DNA of 64,000 bases. It comes from an uncultured Candidatus Saccharibacteria bacterium. Lineage in GTDB: Bacteria; Patescibacteriota; Minisyncoccia; Phycocordibacterales; UBA12088. Below, in pieces: positions 46,510 through 55,518 of the stretch (position 1 is the stretch's first letter; the number at the start of each line of letters is the position of its first letter). The DNA is taken from assembly GCA_964531785.1 (NCBI GenBank), contig CAZHFF010000002.1, positions 93,851 to 157,850 of the forward strand. The letters run 5' to 3'. The notes under the pieces are model-generated. The model did no database searches and was not told the DNA's origin. It was given only the letters and a program-made list of their open reading frames with translations. Both the position numbers and the translations under genes were made by a program.

Positions 46510-46875
46510 ATGGCAACTACAGCGGCAACTAAGAAGAAGAGCAGCAGAGCGAGTGCTGCCGAAGCGAGCCTGAGCAAGCTCCGTATACGCATTCGTGCGT
46601 ACGAGCATAAGATACTCGACGCTTCGATCAAGCAGATCATGGATACGGCTCTCCGCTACGACGCTGTGATTGTCGGACCGGTGCCGCTTCCTACCGAGAT
46701 CAAGAAATACACCGTGAACCGTGCCGCTTTCGTTCATAAAGATGCGCGAGAACAGTTCGAAATGCGGGTACACAAGCGGGTAATAGACATCATGAACCCC
46801 TCAGGCAAGGTCATCGAGGCTCTCACGAACCTCTCACTTCCCTCGGGAGTGAACATAGATGTGAAGATGTCTTAG
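46510..46875 (+). CDS. rpsJ: 30S ribosomal protein S10 (N-terminal extension)
   Basis: LRIRIRAYEHKILD...GPVPLPT...HKRVIDI, preceded by a Lys/Ser/Ala-rich tail of about 20 aa. Confidence 0.95.
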   Translation: MATTAATKKKSSRASAAEASLSKLRIRIRAYEHKILDASIKQIMDTALRYDAVIVGPVPLPTEIKKYTVNRAAFVHKDAREQFEMRVHKRVIDIMNPSGKVIEALTNLSLPSGVNIDVKMS

Positions 46876-46878
46876 TAA

Positions 46879-46922
46879 GTCAAAACAAAATACCGGCCAT
46901 CAGGCCGGTATTTTGTTTTGAC
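46879..46922. terminator. 20-bp perfect-stem hairpin after rpsJ
   Basis: gtcaaaacaaaataccggcc-atca-ggccggtattttgttttgac. Confidence 0.7.
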
Positions 46923-47205
46923 TGTCTTATATCCTGCATACCCTCTATGCGCTTCGTAGCCTCGGCGGAAAAGCGGGCGAAGCAAGGGGGTCGGGGGTAG
47001 TTTTCTTGCACCGCGTAGCCTCGGTCGAGATGAGATAGAGCATGTCCGATGCGGTGTGGGGCGGGTAAAGCAAACAGCGCACCGAACTGGATACGCTTTT
47101 TCAAGGTTGGTACGCAGTGTCGGTTTATCACTAGTTAAGGAGAAAAGCGCCAGCCGAACTGAATACGCCTTGGTTGCAGAACACTAATCTGCCTAGAGAA
47201 GGTGC

Positions 47206-47499
47206 TTAGGTTGGGATACCCTGAGCTTGTTCTAGCAATGCATATACATAGAACTGGGAGTTAGTTCTGTGGTTGCTTCGTATCATTTCCTGCTCGAAGC
47301 TATTTCGTAGGTCTTCGACGAAACGAGCTATATCTGCCCAATCGGTGTTTCCGTTACAGTGAATGATATATTCACTCCCGGCCGGTCCTATTACTGGTTC
47401 CCATATACTGCGGGCCAATCGCTGCTGCGAGACATTTTGGTGTCTATTGAGGACAGAATCGATAAACTTTCCAGGATCAAAACATTTCGGCGTTCCCAC
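47206..47499 (-). CDS. orphan AT-rich ORF antisense to the r-protein cluster (possibly a gene remnant)
   Basis: 97 codons with A/T-ending codons, unlike the neighbours. GTG start without SD. An in-frame TGA lies 10 codons upstream. Confidence 0.3.
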   Translation of the reverse strand: MGTPKCFDPGKFIDSVLNRHQNVSQQRLARSIWEPVIGPAGSEYIIHCNGNTDWADIARFVEDLRNSFEQEMIRSNHRTNSQFYVYALLEQAQGIPT

Positions 47500-47679
47500 T
47501 AACAGTAAGTTCTCGAATTTGCTTATTCACTTCACACCTTCGTCAGTAGCGCAAGCACATCTAGAGCAAATCTAGCTGGAATAGGTGCAATCTGTCAAGA
47601 CTTTCCTCATCGTTGAGGAATATTTCACCATATCCGGCTATTGCGCCGAACCTTGGTATGTAATGGTGAGGGAAGAAAT

Positions 47680-47708
47680 TTGCATTCTGTACGACCTTCC
47701 TGTATAGT
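47680..47708 (+). promoter_or_regulatory. promoter for rplC and downstream genes
   Basis: TTGCAT - 17 nt - TATAGT. Confidence 0.55.
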
Positions 47709-47784
47709 GCATGGGCTTATAGGTTAGTCCGCCAGCTGGCGGAGCACTAACTCCATGTTCCCACGTCGGAACCTCTGGACCTTT

Positions 47785-47822
47785 CGCCTCACTGGTGCTT
47801 GGTTCAGTGTAGGCGCTTTTTA
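47785..47822 (+). promoter_or_regulatory. terminator-like hairpin in the rplC leader (candidate attenuator)
   Basis: cgcctcactg-gtgcttggtt-cagtgtaggcg followed by ctttttatt, 10 nt before the rplC ATG. An earlier hairpin lies at about 47722-47752. Confidence 0.45.
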
Positions 47823-47832
47823 TTGCAATTCC

Positions 47833-48444
47833 ATGAAATTCTTCCTAGCAACCAAACAGTGCATGACCCAGGTCTTTGACGAGACCGGCAAGGTGCACCC
47901 GGCAACCGTGCTCCTCGCGACACCGAACACGGTGACCCAGGTCAAGAATAGCGAAAAAGACGGCTATACTGCGGTGCAAGTCGGCTACGGCGAGCGCAGC
48001 GAGAAGAACGTCAACAAGGCGCAGCGTACCAAGGGGCTCTTCCGGGCGATGAAGGAGTGTCGGTTGCATGACGGCGAGACCACTGACCTGACACCAGGTA
48101 CGGTGCTCACGGTCGGCGAGGCGTTCACGGTCGGCGATGTCGTCATGGTGAGCGGTACGAGCAAAGCAAAGGGATTCCAGGGCGTCGTGAAGCGGCACGG
48201 TTTCAGTGGCGGTCCTCGCTCGCACGGTCAGAAGCACAACGAACGTTTCCCTGGGTCGATCGGCGGCGGTTTGCGAGCCCGGGTACCGAAGGGTATGCGT
48301 ATGGCCGGGCGTATGGGCGGGGTGCGGACCACCGTGAAGAACCTCAAGGTGGTCGGTATCGATACCGAGAAGAACCTGCTCATCATAGAGGGCGCAGTAC
48401 CGGGACGTCGCGGTACGCTTATCGAGGTGCGTGGCATCAAGTAA
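47833..48444 (+). CDS. rplC: 50S ribosomal protein L3
   Basis: KQCMTQVFDETGKVHPATVL...FQGVVKRHGFSGGPRSHG. Confidence 0.95.
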   Translation: MKFFLATKQCMTQVFDETGKVHPATVLLATPNTVTQVKNSEKDGYTAVQVGYGERSEKNVNKAQRTKGLFRAMKECRLHDGETTDLTPGTVLTVGEAFTVGDVVMVSGTSKAKGFQGVVKRHGFSGGPRSHGQKHNERFPGSIGGGLRARVPKGMRMAGRMGGVRTTVKNLKVVGIDTEKNLLIIEGAVPGRRGTLIEVRGIK

Positions 48445-48445
48445 C

Positions 48446-49138
48446 ATGGAAGCAACACTCTACAACAAGGAAGGTAAAGCAGCTGGTACCATCGCGCTCC
48501 CCGAACAGGTGTTCGGCGCGAAATGGAACAACGATCTGGTACACCAGGTGGTCGTCGCAATGGAGGCGAACGCTCGCACGCCCATAGCACACACGAAGAA
48601 CCGTGCCGAGGTGAGTGGGACCGGTAAGAAACCGTGGCGTCAGAAGGGTACCGGCAGCGCGCGGCATGGTTCACGGAGGAGTCCGATCTGGCGAACAGGT
48701 GGCGTGGCACATGGACCGAGGAACGAGCGGAACTACTCGCAGAAGATCAACAAGAAGATGCGGGTAAAGGCCCTCTATAGCGTTCTTTCAAAGAAGTACG
48801 CGGACGGTGAGGTGCTCTTCCTGGAGGACCTTGCGTTCGAGACACCCAAGACCGCACTCGCCAAGAAGACACTTGCCGCACTCGCTTCAGTGGCCGGCTT
48901 TGAGAAGCTTGCAACGAAGAAGCGCAATACCGCCGTGCTCGCGCTCGGTGACGCATCGGATGCGGCCGTGCTCAGCTTCCGCAATTTCGGTAACCTGACC
49001 ATGGAAGAAGTGCGCAACCTTAACCCGGTACTCCTGCTCCGCCATAAATATCTTGTCATTGTGAACGCAGCGTCCGCCCTCGAGGTTCTCAGTGCAAAGG
49101 AGGGAACGACGAAGCGTGCGGTATCAGCACAGGCATAA
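48446..49138 (+). CDS. rplD: 50S ribosomal protein L4
   Basis: ...RAEVSGTGKKPWRQKGTGSARHGSRRSPIWRTGG. Confidence 0.95.
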   Translation: MEATLYNKEGKAAGTIALPEQVFGAKWNNDLVHQVVVAMEANARTPIAHTKNRAEVSGTGKKPWRQKGTGSARHGSRRSPIWRTGGVAHGPRNERNYSQKINKKMRVKALYSVLSKKYADGEVLFLEDLAFETPKTALAKKTLAALASVAGFEKLATKKRNTAVLALGDASDAAVLSFRNFGNLTMEEVRNLNPVLLLRHKYLVIVNAASALEVLSAKEGTTKRAVSAQA

Positions 49139-49155
49139 CATTCACCCCGATCACC

Positions 49156-49551
49156 ATGGCAATCTTTACAAAAACCGAAGACGCAGCGAGCACCGCATCC
49201 AAGCCGGTCGCGGCGAACCCGGCCAAGAAGGACCCTAAGAAGGCTGGGGCGAAGGGTGCGGCACTAACGAAGAGCCCGGTACGCATCCTCAAGGGTCAGC
49301 GTATCACCGAGAAGGCGGCATATGCTACCGCACAGGGAGTGTACGTGTTCGAGGTCGCGATGGATGCGACCAAGCAGGACGTAGCCGCGGTCGTGAAAGC
49401 GGTGTACAAGGTGACCCCCAAGAAGGTGAACATCGTTCGAAAAGAACCCCGCACATTCGTGGCTCGGGTGCGGGGACGCAGCGGCATTAAGGCGGGTATG
49501 AAGAAGGCCTATGTCTATCTGGAGAAGGGCGACAAGATAGAGCTCATATAA
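49156..49551 (+). CDS. rplW: 50S ribosomal protein L23 (N-terminal extension)
   Basis: ILKGQRITEKA...YVFEV...KKAYVYL core, preceded by about 35 aa of Ala/Lys-rich tail. Confidence 0.93.
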   Translation: MAIFTKTEDAASTASKPVAANPAKKDPKKAGAKGAALTKSPVRILKGQRITEKAAYATAQGVYVFEVAMDATKQDVAAVVKAVYKVTPKKVNIVRKEPRTFVARVRGRSGIKAGMKKAYVYLEKGDKIELI

Positions 49552-49576
49552 CTTTCGAAGCGCTAGCACACTTACC

Positions 49577-50422
49577 ATGAAAAAGTATCGTCCAACCACA
49601 GCATCACGCAGGCACATGACCACACGTTCGTACAAGGACGTCGTGACCACGAGCGCGCCGCATAAGAAGCTCGTGAAGGGCGGTAAGCGCGCGGTCGGCC
49701 GCAACGGACAGGGACGTATCACGACGCGCCATAAGGGCGGTGGCCACAAGCGGAGTTTTCGCACGATCGATTTCACGTTCGACAAGCATGATATTCCCGC
49801 GAAGGTGGAAACGATCGAGTACGATCCGAACCGCAGTGCCTACATCGCGCTCCTGTGCTATGCAGATGGTGAGCGGCGGTACATCATAGCTCATAAGGGC
49901 CTCACGGTCGGTGATACGTTCATCGCATCAGCGACCGCAGTGCCGACTCCGGGCGTTCGCATGCCGCTTGGCCAGGTGCCGATCGGACAGGAGGTCCATA
50001 ACATCGAGACCAAACCGGGAGCAGGTGCACGGTTCGTGCGCTCAGCGGGCAACTCTGCGGCGGTCATTGCGCAGGACGGAGTCCATACCCACCTTAAAAT
50101 GCCGTCGAGCGAGGTACGGAAGGTGAACAGTCTTGCTTGGGCAACGATCGGGGTCGTTTCAAATGAAGAGCACCAGCTTGCGCACCTCGGTAAGGCCGGC
50201 AGGAGCCGCTGGCTCGGTGTTCGGCCGACCGTTCGTGGTAATGTGATGAACCCGGTCGACCATCCGCACGGAGGTGGTGAAGGTAAGCAGGGACGCGGAC
50301 ACCGTCGGGCACGCTCGATCTTCGGTAAGCCGACCGGTAAGGGTCACAAGACACGCGCTCCGAAGAAGTACAGTAACAGCCTTATCGTGAGCCGTCGTAA
50401 GGTCGGAAAGAAAAGAAAGTAA
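49577..50422 (+). CDS. rplB: 50S ribosomal protein L2
   Basis: ...RHKGGGHKR...VRGNVMNPVDHPHGGGEG. Confidence 0.97.
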   Translation: MKKYRPTTASRRHMTTRSYKDVVTTSAPHKKLVKGGKRAVGRNGQGRITTRHKGGGHKRSFRTIDFTFDKHDIPAKVETIEYDPNRSAYIALLCYADGERRYIIAHKGLTVGDTFIASATAVPTPGVRMPLGQVPIGQEVHNIETKPGAGARFVRSAGNSAAVIAQDGVHTHLKMPSSEVRKVNSLAWATIGVVSNEEHQLAHLGKAGRSRWLGVRPTVRGNVMNPVDHPHGGGEGKQGRGHRRARSIFGKPTGKGHKTRAPKKYSNSLIVSRRKVGKKRK

Positions 50423-50430
50423 GCCGTAAT

Positions 50431-50459
50431 TTGACTTTTTGGTTCGCGTTGCGTACTAT
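50431..50459 (+). promoter_or_regulatory. internal promoter-like element between rplB and rpsS
   Basis: TTGACT - 17 nt - TACTAT. The -10 lies in the loop of a gcgttgc/gcaacgc hairpin. Confidence 0.4.
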
Positions 50460-50494
50460 AGTGCAACGCTCAAAAAAGGAACTAGAGCACAACC

Positions 50495-50839
50495 ATGACA
50501 CGAAGCCTCAAGAAAGGACCATATGTCGACCCGCGCGTTCTCAAGAAGATCGTGGGCAAGAAACCGCAGGAGACCGGGGTCATTAAGACGTGGTCGCGCT
50601 CATGCACGATCAGTCCAGAGATGGTCGGCTTCTCGTTCGGTGTCCATAACGGCAAGACCCACGTCGCGGTCCTCTGCACCGAGGAGATGGTGGGCCACAA
50701 GCTTGGAGAGTTTTCCCCGACGACCAAGTTCATCCGCCATGGAGGCAAGATCCAGAAAGAGCTCGAGCAGCGTAGAAAGGATGCTGAGATCCAGGCTGCC
50801 AAAGCTGCCAAAGCTGCCGCCGGTGGTGCAAAGAAATAG
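50495..50839 (+). CDS. rpsS: 30S ribosomal protein S19 (C-terminal extension)
   Basis: SLKKGPYVD...HNGK...GHKLGEF.PT, plus a [12 protein letters not shown] tail. Confidence 0.96.
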   Translation: MTRSLKKGPYVDPRVLKKIVGKKPQETGVIKTWSRSCTISPEMVGFSFGVHNGKTHVAVLCTEEMVGHKLGEFSPTTKFIRHGGKIQKELEQRRKDAEIQAAKAAKAAAGGAKK

Positions 50840-50842
50840 ACC

Positions 50843-51211
50843 ATGAAGGCTTCGCTCAACAACTATCGCCAGGCACCACGGAAGGTTCGTCTCATCGCGA
50901 ACGAGATCCGTGGCAAGCAGGTACCTGTAGTCCTCGATCAGCTCGTGTTCATGCCCCAGAAGACCGCACTGCCCCTTCGAAAGCTCGTAGAGTCTGCGGT
51001 CGCCAATGCTAAGCGTGCTGACGAGCGGGTCGAAGCTGAGTCTCTGTACGTCGAGAGCATTACGGTGGACAAGGGACGCACCTTTGTGCGCTACATGCCC
51101 CGAGCCTTCGGCCGCGCAGCGCCGATCAACCGCGAGTCCTCGCACGTGAAGCTGACCTTGGGTACCCGTGCACCGAAGGCGGTGAAGGCGGCAAAGAGCA
51201 AGACAAAATAA
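50843..51211 (+). CDS. rplV: 50S ribosomal protein L22
   Basis: ...YRQAPRKVRLIANEIRGK...PRAFGRAAPINRESSH. Confidence 0.95.
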   Translation: MKASLNNYRQAPRKVRLIANEIRGKQVPVVLDQLVFMPQKTALPLRKLVESAVANAKRADERVEAESLYVESITVDKGRTFVRYMPRAFGRAAPINRESSHVKLTLGTRAPKAVKAAKSKTK

Positions 51212-51231
51212 CGTAAGCGCATTAGTATCGT

Positions 51232-51903
51232 ATGACACACATCGCCCATCCATATTCGCTTCGTCTTGGAATCGTCAGGGACTGGAAAAGTCGCTGGTTC
51301 GTGCGCGACGGCAAACGCTTTCGTGAATTCCTCAAGGCTGACACGGTTCTGCGCGACTGGATGAAGAAGCGGCTCAAGGGCATGTACGTAGCCGCGGTCG
51401 AGATCGAGCGTAGCGCAACGACCTTGCGGATCATCATCAAGACCGCACGCCCGGGCATGATCATTGGGCGGAGCGGAGAGGGGGTGCAGCGATTGCGTAA
51501 GGATGTGGAAAAGAAGCTCCAGAGCCTGAAGCTTGCGGAAATGCCCGAGCTCAAGATAGACATAGAAGAAGTACGCAACCCTGAGGCGAATGCGCAGATC
51601 GTTGCTGAAATGATCGCGGAAGGCCTCGAAAAGCGCATGCCGTTCCGCCGTATCCTGAAGCAGACGGTCGAGAAGGTAATGGCGAACCGGGAGGTGCTCG
51701 GTGTTCGTATCGCGCTTGCGGGCCGGATCGGCGGTGCAGAGATGAGCCGGAGCGAGCAGATAAAGCGCGGCCGGGTGCCCCTTCAGACGCTGCGTGCCGA
51801 TGTCGAGTTCGCTCGTACCGAGGCGTATCTCGCCTACACGGGTCTCATCGGGGTCAAGGTTTGGATATACAAAGGTGAGATATTCGATACGGACAGCAAG
51901 TAA
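51232..51903 (+). CDS. rpsC: 30S ribosomal protein S3
   Basis: HPYSLRLGIVRDWKSRWF...KH domain...GRIGGAEMSRSE. Confidence 0.96.
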   Translation: MTHIAHPYSLRLGIVRDWKSRWFVRDGKRFREFLKADTVLRDWMKKRLKGMYVAAVEIERSATTLRIIIKTARPGMIIGRSGEGVQRLRKDVEKKLQSLKLAEMPELKIDIEEVRNPEANAQIVAEMIAEGLEKRMPFRRILKQTVEKVMANREVLGVRIALAGRIGGAEMSRSEQIKRGRVPLQTLRADVEFARTEAYLAYTGLIGVKVWIYKGEIFDTDSK

Positions 51904-51923
51904 CGCAGCTAAGTACCACCACC

Positions 51924-52343
51924 ATGTTACTCCCCAAGAAGGTCAAACATCGCAAATGGCACCGTTCCCGGAACGCGCTTCCGCACCGCCAGAACGCTAC
52001 GCGCGGCATCACGGTTGCGTTCGGTTCGTTCGGTATCAAGGCGACCGAGCAGGGCCGCATCCGAAGCAACCAGATCGAGGCTGCGCGACGGACCATTAGC
52101 CGCACCTTGGGTAAGAACGGCCGTACCTGGATACGCATTTTCCCTGACCGACCGTACACTCAGAAGGCTGCCGAGGTGGGTATGGGAAAGGGTAAGGGCG
52201 ATGTCGAAGCATACGAGGTGGAAGTGCTGCCTGGCCGCGTGCTCTTTGAGGTGGACGGCGTGAACATCGAGGTCGCTCGCGAAGCGCTGCGCAAAGCTGG
52301 TGCGAAGCTGCCGGTCAAGGTGAGGTTCTGTTCCCGTGGCTAG
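51924..52343 (+). CDS. rplP: 50S ribosomal protein L16
   Basis: MLLPKKVKHRK...IEAARRTISR...MGKGKG. Confidence 0.96.
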   Translation: MLLPKKVKHRKWHRSRNALPHRQNATRGITVAFGSFGIKATEQGRIRSNQIEAARRTISRTLGKNGRTWIRIFPDRPYTQKAAEVGMGKGKGDVEAYEVEVLPGRVLFEVDGVNIEVAREALRKAGAKLPVKVRFCSRG

Positions 52344-52385
52344 AAGTTGCGTCAGCCGAACGTACGTGATATACCCTACAGACCT

Positions 52386-52589
52386 ATGGCAAAGAAACCG
52401 ATGGAAGCGTTGACAAAAAAGACGACGGACGAGCTCCAAGCCCTGCTTGCTGAGAAGCGTGAGGCGCTGCGGGCGTTCCGGTTCAGCATGAAGGGAAGCC
52501 GCATACGCAACACCAAAGAGGGGGCGCTCCTGCGCAAGGACATCGCCCGGATTCTCTTTTTGACTGGCACCCGTCGTGAGGAAGCATAG
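52386..52589 (+). CDS. rpmC: 50S ribosomal protein L29
   Basis: ...TTDELQALLAEKREALRAFRF... Start taken at the internal Met. Confidence 0.88.
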   Translation: MAKKPMEALTKKTTDELQALLAEKREALRAFRFSMKGSRIRNTKEGALLRKDIARILFLTGTRREEA

Positions 52590-52597
52590 CAAAGACC

Positions 52598-52882
52598 ATG
52601 ACCAAGCACACAGAAACAGCTTCACAGACAGGGCAGGTGACCAATAACAACGGCAAGGTGCTTTCCGGTGTCGTGGTGTCCGCCAAGATGCAGGATACGG
52701 TCGTCGTAGCGGTAACGCGCTTCGTGAAGCACCCGAAGTACCATAAGTTCATGAAGCTTGTGAAGCGGTACCACGTTCATGACCCCGGGAATAGCGCCGA
52801 GCTGGGAGCACGGGTCGAGATACGCGAGACGCGTCCGATCAGCAAGCGGAAGCATTTTGCGCTCGTCACCCCGGCTAAGTAG
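52598..52882 (+). CDS. rpsQ: 30S ribosomal protein S17
   Basis: GVVVSAKMQDTVVVAV...KHPKYHKF...HVHD. Confidence 0.95.
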   Translation: MTKHTETASQTGQVTNNNGKVLSGVVVSAKMQDTVVVAVTRFVKHPKYHKFMKLVKRYHVHDPGNSAELGARVEIRETRPISKRKHFALVTPAK

Positions 52883-52906
52883 CTCGAGCAAGACCAGGAA
52901 ACCACT

Positions 52907-53278
52907 ATGATACAGCCACAGACCATCGTAAAGATAGCAGACAATACCGGCGGCAAGGTCGGACGCGTGTTCAAAGTGCTTGGCGGGTCGAAGAAGCGAT
53001 ATGCCCGCATCGGGGATGTCGTCGTGCTCTCGGTACAGGTCGCAGAGCCTCGGAAACAGGTCAAGAAGAAGGATGTGCTTCATGCGGTCGTCGTTCGGTC
53101 GACAGCCCCGCTTCGCCGTCGCGATGGTTCATACATACGGTTCGACGAAAATGCGGTCGTGATCATCGATAAGACCAAGCGAGAACCGCGTGCGAACCGC
53201 GTGTTCGGCCCGATCCCTCGTGAGCTCACCGAGCTCGGGTTTCAAAAGATAGCATCCCTAGCACCGGAAGTGCTCTAA
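52907..53278 (+). CDS. rplN: 50S ribosomal protein L14
   Basis: MIQPQTIVKIADNTGGK...RFDENAVVI. Confidence 0.97.
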   Translation: MIQPQTIVKIADNTGGKVGRVFKVLGGSKKRYARIGDVVVLSVQVAEPRKQVKKKDVLHAVVVRSTAPLRRRDGSYIRFDENAVVIIDKTKREPRANRVFGPIPRELTELGFQKIASLAPEVL

Positions 53279-53281
53279 ATC

Positions 53282-53599
53282 ATGAAGATCAAGAAAGGTG
53301 ATACCGTCATAGTGCGCGCAGGAAAAGGTCGAGGCAAGACCGGCAAGGTCGTGCGGGCGCTTCCGGGCACCGACCAGGTCATCATTGAGGGTGTGAACGT
53401 GCAGAAACGCCACGAAAAGGCGAGGAAGAACACCAAACAGGGTGCCGGGATCGTTGAGGTTGCCGCACCGATCCATGTTTCTAATGTTGCGCTCGTGGAC
53501 CCGAAGACCAACAAAGCGACCCGCGTTGGCAAGCTGTTCGATGAGAGCAAGAAGAAGTTCGTACGAGTCGCTAAGAAGAGCGGAACTAAGCTATCGTAA
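53282..53599 (+). CDS. rplX: 50S ribosomal protein L24
   Basis: MKIKKGDTVIVRAGKGRGKTGKV...EGVN KOW motif. Confidence 0.95.
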   Translation: MKIKKGDTVIVRAGKGRGKTGKVVRALPGTDQVIIEGVNVQKRHEKARKNTKQGAGIVEVAAPIHVSNVALVDPKTNKATRVGKLFDESKKKFVRVAKKSGTKLS

Positions 53600-53604
53600 C
53601 CACC

Positions 53605-54138
53605 ATGCAAACCCTCGCAGAGAAACAATCGAACATCTTCAGCGCACTTGGCACGACGTATGGCTACGTGAACGCGATGCAAGCTCCTCGTATCGAGAAG
53701 ATCGTCATTTCGACCGGGATCGGCAAGGTAAGTGATCCCAAACAGATAGAGCTTATCCAAGACCGTCTGGCTCGCATAACAGGGCAGAAAGCGGCCCCTC
53801 GTGGCGCCAAGAAGTCCGTTGCTTCGTTCAAGGTGCGTGCAGGCGACATCGTTGGCTACCAAGTTACCCTGCGTGGCGCTCGCATGCGCGATTTTTTCGA
53901 CAAGCTGGTCAATATCGCACTGCCTCGCATGCGCGACTTCCGCGGGCTCAATGCAAAGGCGATCGATGAATTGGGCAACATTACGCTTGGCCTCCCGGAA
54001 CACACCATTTTCCCTGAAACGTCAGATGAGGAGCAGCGCAACGTGTTCGGCATCGCGGTCACCATCGTTACCTCGGCTCGTTCGAAACACGAAGCAGAGG
54101 CGCTGTTGCGTGCGCTCGGTTTGCCGCTCAAGAAATAG
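53605..54138 (+). CDS. rplE: 50S ribosomal protein L5
   Basis: ...PRIEKIVISTGIG...VTLRG..M..F...RDFRG. Confidence 0.96.
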   Translation: MQTLAEKQSNIFSALGTTYGYVNAMQAPRIEKIVISTGIGKVSDPKQIELIQDRLARITGQKAAPRGAKKSVASFKVRAGDIVGYQVTLRGARMRDFFDKLVNIALPRMRDFRGLNAKAIDELGNITLGLPEHTIFPETSDEEQRNVFGIAVTIVTSARSKHEAEALLRALGLPLKK

Positions 54139-54154
54139 ATCTTGTGCCCCCATC

Positions 54155-54180
54155 AAAAAAGCACCGATCGGTGCTTTTTT
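54155..54180 (+). terminator. strong intrinsic terminator inside the spc cluster (after rplE)
   Basis: aaaaaagcaccgatcggtgctttttt. Confidence 0.7.
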
Positions 54181-54196
54181 CGTTCCACGCACGGCA

Positions 54197-54225
54197 TTGA
54201 CAGCACGCAGCTGGACTGCTAGTAT
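54197..54225 (+). promoter_or_regulatory. promoter-like element P1 between rplE and rpsN
   Basis: TTGACA - 17 nt - TAGTAT. Shares CTGCTAGTATGC with P2. Confidence 0.5.
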
Positions 54226-54310
54226 GCCCTGACATTTCACCTCGTCTTTGTTTTTGCAAAGCACTACGTGAGATCACACCGAAAGCGATACGGTAAGTCA
54301 GGAACGACGT

Positions 54311-54339
54311 TTGACGTCCGGTACTGATACTGCTAGTAT
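54311..54339 (+). promoter_or_regulatory. promoter-like element P2 upstream of rpsN
   Basis: TTGACG - 17 nt - TAGTAT, 32 nt before the rpsN ATG. Confidence 0.5.
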
Positions 54340-54370
54340 GCGCCAAGCTCGAAAGGGCACGTATTCCCGT

Positions 54371-54556
54371 ATGGCAAAAAAATCAGTCATCGCACGATCA
54401 AAGAAGACGCCGAAGTTCTCTACCCGGGCCGTGAACCGCTGCTTCCGCTGCGGGCGTGGTCGCGGGTTCATGCGCGACTTCGACCTCTGCCGCATCTGTT
54501 TTCGCGAGCTCGCGAACGAGGGACAAATACCCGGTATCAAGAAATCCAGCTGGTAA
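54371..54556 (+). CDS. rpsN: 30S ribosomal protein S14, zinc-binding type Z
   Basis: [12 protein letters not shown]...[10 protein letters not shown]...CRICFRE...W; 61 aa. Confidence 0.95.
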   Translation: MAKKSVIARSKKTPKFSTRAVNRCFRCGRGRGFMRDFDLCRICFRELANEGQIPGIKKSSW

Positions 54557-54560
54557 ACCT

Positions 54561-54953
54561 ATGACCGACCCTATCTCAGACATGATCGTTCGCTTGAAGA
54601 ACGCTCGCATGGCAGGCAAAGACGTCGCGGAAGTACCGCTTTCTCGACTCCGACTTGCGGTCGCCGAGAAGCTCATGGAACGCGGGGTCATCGCACGTGT
54701 GGTCAAACGCGGCAAGAAGACCAGGCAGTCCCTGGAGCTTACGCTTGCACGCGATGGAGAGGGGATGTACCGCTTTACTGATGTCGACCGTGTCTCGAAG
54801 CCGGGACGACGCGTATACGTTGGTGCAGGCGAGATACAGGGCGTGCGCGGCGGTACCGGTTTCCTCCTCGTGTCGACCCCGAAGGGCGTGCTTTTTGGGG
54901 ATGAGGCGCGCAAGGAGAACGTCGGCGGTGAAGTCCTCTTCAAGATCTGGTAA
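54561..54953 (+). CDS. rpsH: 30S ribosomal protein S8
   Basis: MTDPISDMIVRLKNA...GGEVLFKIW. Confidence 0.96.
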   Translation: MTDPISDMIVRLKNARMAGKDVAEVPLSRLRLAVAEKLMERGVIARVVKRGKKTRQSLELTLARDGEGMYRFTDVDRVSKPGRRVYVGAGEIQGVRGGTGFLLVSTPKGVLFGDEARKENVGGEVLFKIW

Positions 54954-54972
54954 TCAACAGTCTTCAAACGAC

Positions 54973-55506
54973 ATGAGCAGGATAGCAAAACGACCTATAG
55001 CAATACCCCAGAAGACGGACGTGTCGGTCGATGGTCGTGTGCTTTCGGTCAAGGGACCGAAGGGCACCCTCACCAAGGAGGTCCATCCGTTCGTGACCGT
55101 GACGGTCGAGAACAATGAAGTGCTCATTACCCCCAAGAATCAGACCAAGCTCGCGCGCTCTCTCTGGGGCACCTTCGGTTCCCACGTCCGGAACATGCTC
55201 CGCGGGGTGAATGAGCCCTATGTGAAGAAGCTTATCCTGGATGGCGTCGGATATCGCATGGCACTCGCCGGTTCGGACCTGACGCTCAATATCGGGTTTT
55301 CGCATCCTGTGAAGATGAAGGTCCCTCAGGAGGTAACGGCAACCTTGGAGAAGAACGAGCTCACGCTCACCTCTGCGGACAAAGAAGTGCTTGGCCAGTT
55401 CGCGGCGAACGTGCGCGCGATGAAGAAACCGGAGCCCTACAAGGGCAAAGGCTTCCACTATCAGGGCGAGATCGTGCGCCGGAAGCAGGGCAAAAAAGCG
55501 TCATAG
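54973..55506 (+). CDS. rplF: 50S ribosomal protein L6
   Basis: MSRIAKRPIAIP..V.V....L.VKGPKG.L...PYKGKG. Confidence 0.96.
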   Translation: MSRIAKRPIAIPQKTDVSVDGRVLSVKGPKGTLTKEVHPFVTVTVENNEVLITPKNQTKLARSLWGTFGSHVRNMLRGVNEPYVKKLILDGVGYRMALAGSDLTLNIGFSHPVKMKVPQEVTATLEKNELTLTSADKEVLGQFAANVRAMKKPEPYKGKGFHYQGEIVRRKQGKKAS

Positions 55507-55518
55507 TCTACAGTTTCC

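Noticed and set aside
46880-47131. 83-aa minus-strand ORF after rpsJ
   Set aside because: Its 3' part is the 20-bp-stem hairpin and its body covers the short direct repeats. No SD and no protein-like composition.
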